DNA of 63,838 nucleotides, counting the filler, from Perkinsus chesapeaki ATCC PRA-425 (Eukaryota > Protista > Perkinsozoa): the NCBI GenBank assembly GCA_013115145.1. It is 12 parts of 12 records of this genome, joined end to end, with 100 filler letters (N's around TTAATTAATTAA, not from the genome) between each part and the next. Parts side by side here need not be neighbours in the genome. Positions count along the whole stretch, not along the records: positions 1 to 28,309 come from JAAPAO010000477.1; 11 more parts are not named here. One strand, given 5' to 3'. Each line of letters starts with the position of its first letter. Positions within the stretch are counted from its first letter, which is position 1. The notes beneath the pieces are model-generated. The model did not search any database. It had not been told where the DNA came from and saw only the letters and a list, made by a program, of their open reading frames with translations. A program made the translations under genes and the position numbers. Shown in pieces: positions 1-11,600 of the stretch.

Positions 1-2690
1 GCGTGCGGTACTCCCTTAATCTCTGGAGATTTCACAGCCGCTACATTCGCAAGCTCAATCCGCTTATCATGATCTCGACAGCTTCTTGCTCATTATCGCC
101 GATTTGGACAGCATGAGCACCCACGGCAAAATGAACAGGTGCTCCCTCCACAGGTGCCACTGTACACTTGAGTCTCTTATTACCAATGTCGAACACCTCC
201 CTGATCTGCCATGTCTGAAACACGTAAGTGCGTATCTCTCGTGGACCACGAGTCGTGGTACGTATCCCAAACCATTACTTTCTCTGTGTGCACGCTTTCC
301 CGCAATAGAGAAGGCTCACCCCCACGAATAGAGGAGCATAGCTCTTGAGCCAGCCGGTGTAACGGAGCTGTTGGCACTTTTGGCATATAAACGGCCGACG
401 GGTCTGGGCTGGCCGGTGGGTTCTCTTTATCGTCGTTACTTGTAGATTCTTCAGGCTCCTGGTAGGCTTCAAAATTTGGCTTACTAGCAAAGGCCCCAAA
501 AAGCTTGGAAAAAGCGTCCAAGCAGTTTTTCTCGTTCTCGATGTGGATTCCACTCATAACTCGCTTGCGTAGATTGAATAATGCGTTTTCGCTCGGGTTC
601 AAACTGAAGACACAGTCAAACTGATAGAGGTGTCAGAATATTCGGATACTCGTCAGAATCGTCGGGACGCTCACTGCACATTTTAGCCCTTGGCTCACTT
701 AAGCGTTTCAGGTAGATATTCCACTCCGCTTTGATCAACATACTCAGTTTTTGGGCAGATAAGCTTATCAAATATTATCCCATTATCCTTAAGATGCACA
801 AAAAGTGCTAAATTAGGCTGTACTTTTAGTTCACAATACGTCACCCCATCTTGCTCAGTAGATACTACATCACCATCCTGAATGAAGTATAATACTATTT
901 GGGCAAACAACATAAGGTTCACCTCAAATTTCTCCGTCATTTCATGCATCTCCGTCGCGTGCTTGCTTCTCCCAGGCCCTCTACTCTGGACAGAAGAGAT
1001 CATCATCGAGTAAAATACGATAGTGGTATAGCGCATTTGTTCTGCGATATCGATAAAGCTGTGGGGGGCAAGTTGGAAAGTCGTTACACATCGGGCATTG
1101 CCTGCTGTCGTGCATATTCATTGCACTTGCATGTTGCATTGAAAACAGAGGAGACTGTCTCGCGGCGGAAAGTGTCTCGGGCAGAGCTCCCTCTCAACTC
1201 AGCAAACACATATAATCACTAGAGTGGTGTTCTTAGAGGAGTCAAATGATGAACCAGTAATGGTGTTGTCATCATATAATACTCAGCATCAGCTGTCTTG
1301 AAAAGCTTTTCCTGAGTACTAATCAGTGAGTACTATGATACTTTCATGGGCTTTCAGAAACCCTCCAGAAAAGCCTCCAGAGCTTAAGCCTGCTCATGGA
1401 GCTCTTTCTAAGGACTTCGGAATCCCTTTTTAAGGATTCTTTCTTGATCCCGCGTTGGACGGCCCCTGCCAGCTGCCGAAGCTTCCAGTCTGTGCATTCC
1501 CCTTTGTATCACCCACTGTTTCCAGAGTTCGTTCACCTGACTGCATTATCCAGCGCACTTAGAACACTAACCTGGCTAGAACTTCCTAGAAGGTTTAGTC
1601 GAAGTGCTGGTGCTTGCCATAACAAAGGCTTACCCGGTCTGCCTTCAGCCTCTTAGCCATAAGAAACGCTCGGAAGATCTCATCACAATCGAAGCTCATG
1701 TCCGTTGGAATCACCTGACACCCTCGTTTCAGCAGCTTTGACCGATATACCGGAACTGAAGTATAAGAATTCACTGGCCAAGAATAGACCTCCCTTACCA
1801 CTGAGCCTCTTGTCACAGTCCATAACAGGGACCCCATATAGCTCCTCGGTTGTTATGTCTTCTGGTAGCCTCAGTCCATTGCGATTTGTAAGTGGCGGAC
1901 TGTTGTGGCCATCCGTGCGCTGTTCGGGGCTACCGTCATCGCTGAAAACTTCCGATATGATGCCGCAACGCTGAAAGAGTAATAGGCTATTCACTGATAG
2001 TCCTCGAAAGTTGTGCCTCATCTAGCTGCTTCCTCTCTCTCATGGCGTATACCAGTAACACTCTCAAGACAAATTCGTTGACGTCTCCCTTTACAGAAGT
2101 CCAGCCGCATCGATTCATGAAATGTTCTAACAAGGAGCTCTGTGTTCGCCTAAGACAAGAGATAATAACCAAGTGTCTAACAACAACCCAATCACTGGAC
2201 GAATTCTTTTTCCCAAGGTCGTATATAATATTCACAGTCATCCGGTAGCGGCAAGCCGAGAACGGAGTAGCGCATTCGGTCTAACAACCGAATTGGGGTT
2301 CTGGGTACCTGGAGGGTCAATATACGATCCAAGGAGTTGGTTTGACCTACCAGAACGGCGCATAGGCTGCTCACTGAAGCGGTAGCGTTCCTTCTACTGT
2401 TCCCATCTTCTATTACCATAGCGAGGGCTAGTCGGGAACGCATAGAATTATGTCGTTTGATGCACTGTGTTACGATACTTATTGGATGATACTGAGAATC
2501 ATCGGGCGCTCGCAGCAGTTCGTGAATGCGTTACCCATGGTCGGGAAGGAGTTTTTAAGGTTGGCATCCTGTGACAGCGATGTACCGTCCTGCCTAAATA
2601 GAGCGATGTCAATTCTATAGCGAGTTTGGGCAAACCCTCTTGGTTCAAGCGATTCCTCAGTGCTCGTAGCCTTTCTCTGTGTGCTTTCCT
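1..2690 (-). CDS. Further minus-strand exons, probably the cytoplasmic tail of the giant membrane protein (or a separate hypothetical gene); runs off the window start
   Basis: Chain of minus-strand ORF pieces (2499-2756, 1987-2241, 1683-2021, 1595-1837, 695-1036, 180-602) separated by short GT..AG segments. The donor after ETL-aa|gtgagc (~697) joins in frame to acceptor cag|tttgaacccg (~603). Continuity with the upstream gene is not proven. Confidence 0.4.
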
Positions 2691-2691
2691 G

Positions 2692-5600
2692 CTATTTTCC
2701 GCTTCTGTCCTTTCTCGAATATTGATCTCGTGCTCTATATGGAATAAGTACCTCAATTCGATGTAGACACAAGCTCAAGGAGGCATTCTGAGATTGTCTT
2801 ACTCTATCACAAAGTGTCCTGTGAGAGTTATAAGATGGATGATGTTTAGACAAATCATCAACAGAAATATAGCCGAAATGGTTGTCTTGGATAATGGGAA
2901 CGTTATAACCACTTGGAGCTAAACCGAAACATAGCTGAAGAAGTCCAGAACGCTGAAGAAGTTGGCGTACAGCAATTTGGGTGGCAAATACCATGAGAAG
3001 CGAGCGGAGCTCCAACCTGTCGAGGAGGCGATTTGATCGATCATCAAAAGGACCCATTGAAGCGTGAACGATGCTTGATACACCAGATATCATTGCATAC
3101 CTTAAATGGAACGCTTTCGCTGGGAACTTCACCCGACAAGCTACTCACATAACTAGTTTCGCCTTAATGCCTCCCACCGGCCAGGCGGCTATAAACCCAT
3201 AAACCAGCCCCTGGGCTTTTTTAACTGCTTCCCAATACCAACAACGGTCTTCGTACCCAAGGTATATAAAACCATATCTTCTAAGAAAATGTGTATCGTT
3301 CAGTCGACCGTCGGTTTTTCCGCGACCAAGTATAAGTAACCCCAAAAGAATCGATCCAACGGTCCACAGCAGGAGGCCTGTTGTAGATATCAGTGTTAAA
3401 GTTGAGTGATCGCCAGAATAACAAACCAAGTCGGGATCGGCGACCCATCGCCTAGAGAGCACTTTCGTTCCATTTGGGGTTGGTAACTCGATGATCTCGC
3501 ACTGTAGAATCTCGAGCATTGCGTCAGTTACCGGGCCCCAGATAACAAAGCCAGTGACAATATATATCGGTATCATGTCTTCTAAAAACGCGAGTAGTCG
3601 AGAAGGTAGGTCGATGGGGATATCATCGAAGACGCGCCACAAAGAAATAAACCGGGGCTCGGCATCAAGTGTACGCGCGAAAGCTCCAACCGATAAATGG
3701 TGGGCACGGCCCATCATGTCTGTAGCCCGCGGGGGAGGTTTGCCTACCGACGAGGTCAGCCTGAGCGCAGTGATATGTGGATTGTACATAAGACTTACAT
3801 AGATGTCAAAACATACGCTCGTCGGAGGCCTAGGATTAGCATAGAGAAGATAGTTACAGCAATAACGAGCAACAATGGCAGCGCAACATAAAATGATGCA
3901 CTCATAATGTACCTTATTATCGAGGAAGATGCGGAAGTTGTGTAGAAGGATACCTGGTAGTCTGGTGAGGGAAAAGGCACATTATAGCAGCTTTGGCACT
4001 AAGCACTGGCAGCTCCCCTTTCCAGACCACTATGACACTTAGTATGTTATTAGCCCAAGAAGGTATAAGGATGTCACGTAGAGCCTCGCCAATAGCCAAG
4101 TTCCACTCATACCTGCTTTGTCATTGAGTTTGTGTCAGAATGTTGTCTCACATTTTGATTCGGGTCAAGTCGAACTTGGTGAGGACAGAAAGCGCTAACC
4201 AGAAGTTCAGGGCAATCTTGCATATGACAGAGTGGATCGGGCGCAGGTCCGAAGATGCTGCATCACCGCTGAATTTGCTTATTATTATAATGCCAATAAC
4301 ATATGCTACAAGGTATCTGATAAGACTAAATATTTTCTAAAAGAAGGACTGTCGAAGTGCAAGTGAACTTCCCTATACACGACAAAGCAAGCAAAGGTTG
4401 AATCTCACAGTATGATTATCCACCAGTGAACAGAGCGGTTGCCATCACACTCATCACATTGCGTAGAGGGGGCTGATCGGTGCCACCCGCTGTCGCATGC
4501 CGAGCACATGAGGCTTCGCATACCTGGGGCGCAGTGGCCTCCACGTTTGCCTGACATGCTTCTGAGTAAGCCGGATTGTCCTTTCTCCAGACTCACAAAC
4601 ACTGGATATTCTATCTGTGCTCATTAGGTTTCCGTCGTTATTGAGGTCACTGATTTGACACTCTAGATAAATCGGGTTGTGAGGGGATTCAATTTCGAAA
4701 CCAGCTCCACGATTTCCTGGGCTCCCGCTGTATGGCGGCGTACTGGCCTTCACACCGAAGGTATTATTAACTCTCATTGGGAGCATAGTAAACCTATGGC
4801 GACCAGAGCTAGATTTGAACGCTCGCCTGTGCTACTAACCCTTCGGAAGGTACTGGGAGTTCTCGGCCAGGGCATTCCGCAGGTTGCCGGCCATCTGGCG
4901 ATTCCAATGTCGTACAAGGCTTACAAATGAGCGGAATCATTCTACCAACATCCATACCATTGCCAAACTCAGTTTCGACATCTCGCCAGTAACCTCTAGA
5001 GCAGAAACATCTACAGAGGGTCTCTGCTGACGATGATCGGCTATGAATATTTACGAGTCAGTGCTCCAACTCCCGACTATGTTTTCGCTGTTTAGAGGGC
5101 ATCGATCGGTACAGCCGGTGTTTCCAACGTGAGGCTTCACACCCGACCAGTCACAGGGGGCACATAGTTTCGGTTCGGACTCAACAGCGCTCTCGAGGGC
5201 CATACCTGACATATGGATGGCATTTTGTTAAACAACGGAAGAAAATACCGAACAGGGTCAGAGAGCTGGACGTGTTAGTGCCCGGCGGCAAGAGGAACAT
5301 AGTAGAAGCCCCTCGTAGGGATGTATAGCTCCAGAAACCTATGGTAGTCCAGTAAATGGCGCAAGGTTCTAGCGATGACCTGCACATGTAACTGAAAAAG
5401 GAGATTAAGTCAGGCAGTGTTTTTTTGCCACAGTGTGGCCAACAGACAGGCAGCCAAAGGGCAGATATACCTAGTTAGTGCGATGAGCTCGGCATAGGAC
5501 TCTCCTTCGGCTGTATACCAGTACTCAGCTCGATCCAAAACGACACCAACAACAGCGACAGTTGCAGTAGCTAAAGTCCATGCCCATTCGGCCCCTAAGA

Positions 5601-8600
5601 GCGAATCATCGAATTGAGTGATGCTGGCCTGGTAACCTCCATCTATGTTCCTCACGGTAACAGGTGGCTGGCACTCACCACCTGCAGGGCAGAGCTCTGG
5701 GCGGATGCTTCTTGCAGTTGTTGTGTTGCCAGTAAGTAAGCGGAGCCTCCAATGGTTTCTCGGTAGATGGTAATCAGCCGACATCTGATGCACCGAACTA
5801 CGAGGTTGTACTTCAACCTCGCCCCCGCGTGAAGGCCGACCGTACCAGTCGGCCATCAATGATGCCGAAGCCCCTTATGCACAAGCACTGGGACAGGCTC
5901 GATGCGCCGTCGGCAAGGGTAGTCCTGTGAGCAGGGCAAGGGATCGGTACAGGAGATGCCGTGCGAACTGTTGGATGCGGACTGCAGTAGTGTCCCTTGG
6001 AGCACACGCCACATCCCCCATCCGGCAATCTATAGTATCTTAGGAATGACTTTCATTTCCCACTGGGCTACCAGGCTCACCCTTCTTCACAAACACACAG
6101 TTCTTCTCTATCACTGCCCGTCATCCGGGTAGTTTCAAATTCGCGACCACACGGTGTACACTCGGAATAGTTGCCAAGTAGAGTTTTGTACTCTCCAAGT
6201 GGACATTCTACGCAGTCTGGTCCCAAGGACGGATCGAGACCGGTGCACTCAGGGCAGCGCAGCTTGTAGCCGGGTGAGCATTTGCAATCCGCCAAGGTTG
6301 CTGGCTCTGCAACATCTGGAGTTGTTCCCGGCGGGCATTTTGTATCACCTGCTTGGACGTATGATCGGTAAGGCTCTCGCTGCCTCAAAGATGAGCTCAC
6401 TTGTATATAATTTATTATATAACGCGGCAGCTTCTGCTCTAAGTTGTTCATCGGTGGCTATCCGAGAAGTGAAGGTAAAGTCGGCAAGGCTCATTGTGCT
6501 ATCTGGGCTTTGTGCGGTCTCTACAAACGCCCTTTCCAACGACCTCATCACCAACGAGATGGGTAGGTTTGGTAAGGACTGGAAGTCGGCAACCAAGCTG
6601 AGCCGTATAGACCAAATCGCCGTCGAATCCACGGTCAGCCTCCGTGTGCCAGTGAACGATTTGTCATCGGGCGTGACCGACAGGTCTATCTCAATGCTAT
6701 CAGGTAGTTGCAGTGCTCTCCTAACGGCCCTTCGAAGGAGTTGCACATCTCTCGGTGAGAGAATCGCCCCACCGATAATGTCCAAGTAGGCCGTACGTGG
6801 ACACTCGGCAACTCTCCCGGTCCTAGTAGTGTTCAGTGGACAGACGTAGTCTTCGCCTGCGCAGCCTATGCAAGTCATCGTGCCCTGCGCATCGTATGAT
6901 AACCGATAACCGCTGTTACAGTAACAATCTAACTTGGATACCGATCCCGTATCACTAGTAGCATTAGCCATGCAAGACACTTCACATTGGGTGTCGTTCC
7001 CATAGCCAGACTTCCGGAGTCCGCTAGGGCATAGTTGACAAGTACCGGCATTGGCCAAAAATCTCCCAGGCGAGCATACACATTGCCCCGGCATACTAGC
7101 ACCAGGAGTGGCGGTGCCTTGGCCAAGCGGGCACCCGATGGGCGGTAGCTGTCTACCAGGGCACCAATAATCTTGCGGACAGGGAGCACACTCCTGCCGG
7201 TAGAGGTCCCCAGGCGATTGCATATGATAGCCTGCATGACACATGCACCTCTCTCGAATCTTCTTCAGAGGTGCAGCGTAAGAGTTAGGGGGGCACACGA
7301 CTACTTGATCGTATTCATCTGGAACGTTTGCTGGTAGATCAACGAATTCTATAACTCCAGATGGAGATGTGGTACTGTAGCAAATACGGTATAGTCCCGC
7401 TGCTAGGCTTTCCGGTTTCACGACTCTCGCTATAATAACTGAACCGTGCTCATCGTTCCCAGAGTTATATACTTCCAAGGTCATACGCTGCTGGCCGTCA
7501 TTGCAGGGCCCATTGCGTGCCACGAGTGAGATGCTTCGATTGCCGGTCTCACTGTAGAGCGGTGAAATAGTTGCTGACAACGTTAGTTCGCATCTAGTAT
7601 TGGTAGTACAAACGTGCGGGTTGAAGACATGGAGTAAACCAACATCAACTGCGAAGCCCAGCGAGGATTCGCAACTACTATCATGGGCAGCCCCACTGCA
7701 CCAGCATAGGCGATATGATCCCGCAGTGAGAAGGAAGCCATTAGGATCGCCCCACATTAAAGTGTTACCGTTGTCGGTAGTCTTGCCAATAAGGTTGAGG
7801 GTTTGCCATGAAGGTGCAGTTCGGGTAACAGTGCAGGTCTCATTCGAGCGAGTAATGCTGAGGTGGTCCCCGGTGGACAATCCCGTTCCCTTGAATTCGG
7901 TTATGGTACACGGTAACTCTCCCCGAGAGCAAGCGAAACGCTGCTCTGATTGGGCTCCCACAGCCTGTATAGTTCCAGCAAGCTGTTTGTAGTCCTCAGC
8001 CCTACCGGCAGAACAGTTTAGGACGGATCGGGAGTTACACCAGCAAAGCTCGAACTCTCCTATCGCGACAGGAGACAAGCCGTCGAACCTCACCCTAGCG
8101 ACTGAATGACTCTCTCCCAAGTCATGATCAGCTAGGGGCTCAGAAATACCAGCCTTTTCCAAGTCTGTCGCCCACGGAGCACTGTTTTCCAAGTCTGAGG
8201 CTGAACAGGGCCTACCCAGTCGACTGATTCCGAAAAGGTCGCCTTGTCGAAAACCTCGTCCCCGGATTTCGATAACTACGTTGCGAGTGCCTCTCGTGAG
8301 AAGCAGCCCCTTGTTCTTAGATACGTCTGGCCCGATCACCTCAAGGCTACCAACGAGGGCACCGAAGTGGTTTGGCGCTGAACAGTCAGTGACTATAGAG
8401 TCGCGGGCTTCGCTGCACCAACATACAGAATATACTCCAGGGGCTGCGGTAACACCTCCTTCGCCCCACGTGAAAGACGTGCCTTCGTCAGAAGGGTAGC
8501 TCAGACCGGGAATGTCCGAGCCGCCTAGCGGCGGTATTCCGCTGACGGATATGTCAGCTCCGCACTCTGGTAGGATTGCTAAACGGTCCCCTTTCCCGAG

Positions 8601-11600
8601 CCCTACACCAGAGACTCCTTCCAGGGTGAGATTGTTACCAACAGCAACAGGTTCAAAAACATGGTCGGAATAGGGTCCGGAAAACGTTAACTTCCCAGCA
8701 AAGGATCGGAACTCTCGCCCTCCTCTCGCCGTACACGCCATCTTAGAGCTGCACCAGCATAGGCTATAGTTACCTGGTATCACAGCTACGTACCGAGCTA
8801 TACTCCAGCAAAACGATTGACCGTCGGAGCTGGGTTGGGAGATGCCTTGCCAACGGGATCTCTGGTCGCCCACACCCCGAATTCCTTGGGCCAGACCACA
8901 GGAGGGCATGACCGCGAGTGAGTCGCCAGGACCCAGTTTGTAGCCTTTCAAACCCTTCACACAGAGCGGCTTGTCAATAGCAGCATAGAACTCTTGACCC
9001 CTTGATGGCCCTACAATGAGCAGAGATCCAACCTCTACAAGGAAGTGGTCCGGTACGGAGCAGTTTGTGGCTCTGCTATTGCACCAGCAGAGCTTATAAC
9101 GTCCCGGTGAAGCTGTGACCGCAGAGGAATTCTTGAAATCAAATATGCCTCCGGAGGCATCTTCACTTACCCCGTAACTCAGGAGATCTGTCTGTCCCCT
9201 GACGGCTTGACAGTCGACTGCCGGTTCAATAGCAATGAGCTTATCGCCATCATATAGCAGAGCTGGCCTGGCACTTGCTAGGTTTATTGTGCATTGCCAG
9301 CCAGGCGAACACTCAAATTCACTTGATACATTGAAATAGGGCAGCGCCAACGGAGCTGTCCATGGCTTCGATGGGCCTTCTAAGAAGCCTTCCCGGTATA
9401 CCGCATGTGAGCGGACAGCGTAGAAACGATAGGCTTCAGTCCAGTTGCCTTGAGCACCTACTCCCGAGGTGGGATCCCAGTACTGCAGAGTGGCATCCAA
9501 GACGCTATTGAGAACGTGCTCCTCCTCAGTATTAGGCCAGTTATGTAGAGACAGTCTCATGCAATTGACAACAGTGCGCTGCTGACCAAATGATGCCTCG
9601 ATAACGTTTCCCAAGCCCGATAGGTCAACATTGACGGCGGCAACCAATTGGTCACAATAATGATCAGAGTAAAGCTCTACTGATTGGAGCTCGCGGCCTG
9701 CAGAGAAGACGGTATCGTTTTGGCTGTATAAAACAACCCTCCATCTCGTCTTTAGAGCGGGAAGTGTTCGCACCCAAGGGGATGGAGCAGACCAGGGTGA
9801 CGTCTCTTCGTCGATACGACATACTTTTCTCACGCGAAATCTGTATAGTGTATTAGAGAGCAGCTTCGGTACCGAGCAGCTAGCAGAAAGCCCGGAAGAG
9901 TCCATGAGGGGTTCGCATGTAGTGTTGTGGAAATCAGAGAAGTTGTCTCTTTCTACTGAAAGCTCCCAAGCAAGGAAGGATGATCTGCATCCCCTTAGGC
10001 CCGGCTGCCAGCTGACCCTAACCTCGCTAACCGTAGTGTTACCAGCAGTAACCGAGTATGGCGGTGATGCTCTGCTGATACACCGGGAGCTGTTGCTTGT
10101 GGCAATTGAGACCGACGGGGCAGAAACCTGACTGTCAGCCTCAACTACGGTACATAGGCGTGAGACAGAAAAAGTGTACTGAGAGCCGCATTCGAGGGAG
10201 CTCAGTACGACTTCACTCGCTGAGGAATCAGTTAACCGGACGACTTCTTCGCCGTACTCCGAGCTTATGCTTTGGATAGTGATACTCCAAGCAAGAAATT
10301 GACAGTCATTTGGCCGCTTTGGTTCCCAGCCAACGACGACCCGCTGATCGGTGGAATTCGGCAGTAAGGTAGCCGTGACGACCAATGGAGTGTCAGAGCG
10401 GAAAGGCAAAGTGTGCGCAGGCTCGAGCCTTACAGGTTGTATTTCATAGTTACCCGCTGAGTTTAATATTCTAGCATGGACCATTGTGTGTCCCCACGTT
10501 GGTTCAGAGAATACACTCCCGGCTGCCGCGTCGGTGCAGGCGACCTTTAGTCGGAAGACATAGCCTTGGTTGCTGCGGAGGTCCGTTGCCCGACAGTAGC
10601 GGAGACTAGTATCGCCAAGATCAGCACAACCAGACGGTGTATTGTAGCTGAGAACATTGCCAAGAGAATACGGCGAGGCCTCCACGATCCACTGGATCAG
10701 ATGGCAGTCGCCAAGTGCCGGTTGTTGCCAGGAAATGATGAGGCTATCGTTAGACCCATCAGCCACGACAGAGATGTTGCTGGGTGGAGCTGCCGGAATT
10801 GGTGGAGTTGTAGTAGGGGGGTCTGTCCAGTTGCTATAAGGGTTGTATATCGAGCTATCTTTACATATACTAGCGACTCTGAACAGATAATTGGTATTGC
10901 TTCGTAGCCCTTCGGCGAGACAAGAGTAGTTGCCGGGTCCTATGAATGAGACGAGATCACAGCCAGCGACAGTGGTAAGGCCCGAGTCGATTGAGCTTGT
11001 CAATTGTACAGTAAAGCCAATGAGAGCACATGCGACATCGCTTGCCTAAACCTCGCGACAGTTGGTACGGCAAGCGTTCTTGACTTACCGGTGCCTGTTC
11101 CCAAGTGATTTCGATCACCGATGGACTGATAGCTTTTGCTCGCACACGATTGGGAGGCGGAGTGAGTACTCGACATCTTTCGCCCTCAAGAGTTTGTACT
11201 GGGCCAACTACTGAGCTCCAAGGTGAGGTAGCTTCAGGGTCGGAGCATAGTTGGCGGGCACGGAACTCGTACGGAGTACCGCACTCTAGGCTCGTTGCCG
11301 TACCTATCGAACGCTATGTAGTGTCGTAAAATATCTTTTATTGCGAGGTAAGAAGCTCTCACTTTATGACGTACACGATATATCGGACTGTAGACAACCG
11401 GGAGGGAAGAACCATGGCCCGCTATGGTTCCTGGCAGTGTCAGTAACCCGAGCCTGTATTTCCCAGGACCCATCACCGCCGAGCGACGGACAGGATACTG
11501 ATGGCAATGGAATACTCCAACTAAGCTCAACCTGATAGAGCACGATAAGCGTACCACGTTGGGAATGATGGCTCATCCGTGGTAGCATACTCCCTCCCTT

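Noticed and set aside
684-697. TAGCCCTTGGCTCA as a spliced-leader relic
   Set aside because: Only a partial match to the dinoflagellate/perkinsid SL, with a shortened middle; it is the antisense of an ordinary splice donor.
6154-6789. 211-aa plus-strand ORF and similar shadow ORFs over long genes
   Set aside because: Antisense to well-supported coding exons and lacking any motif.
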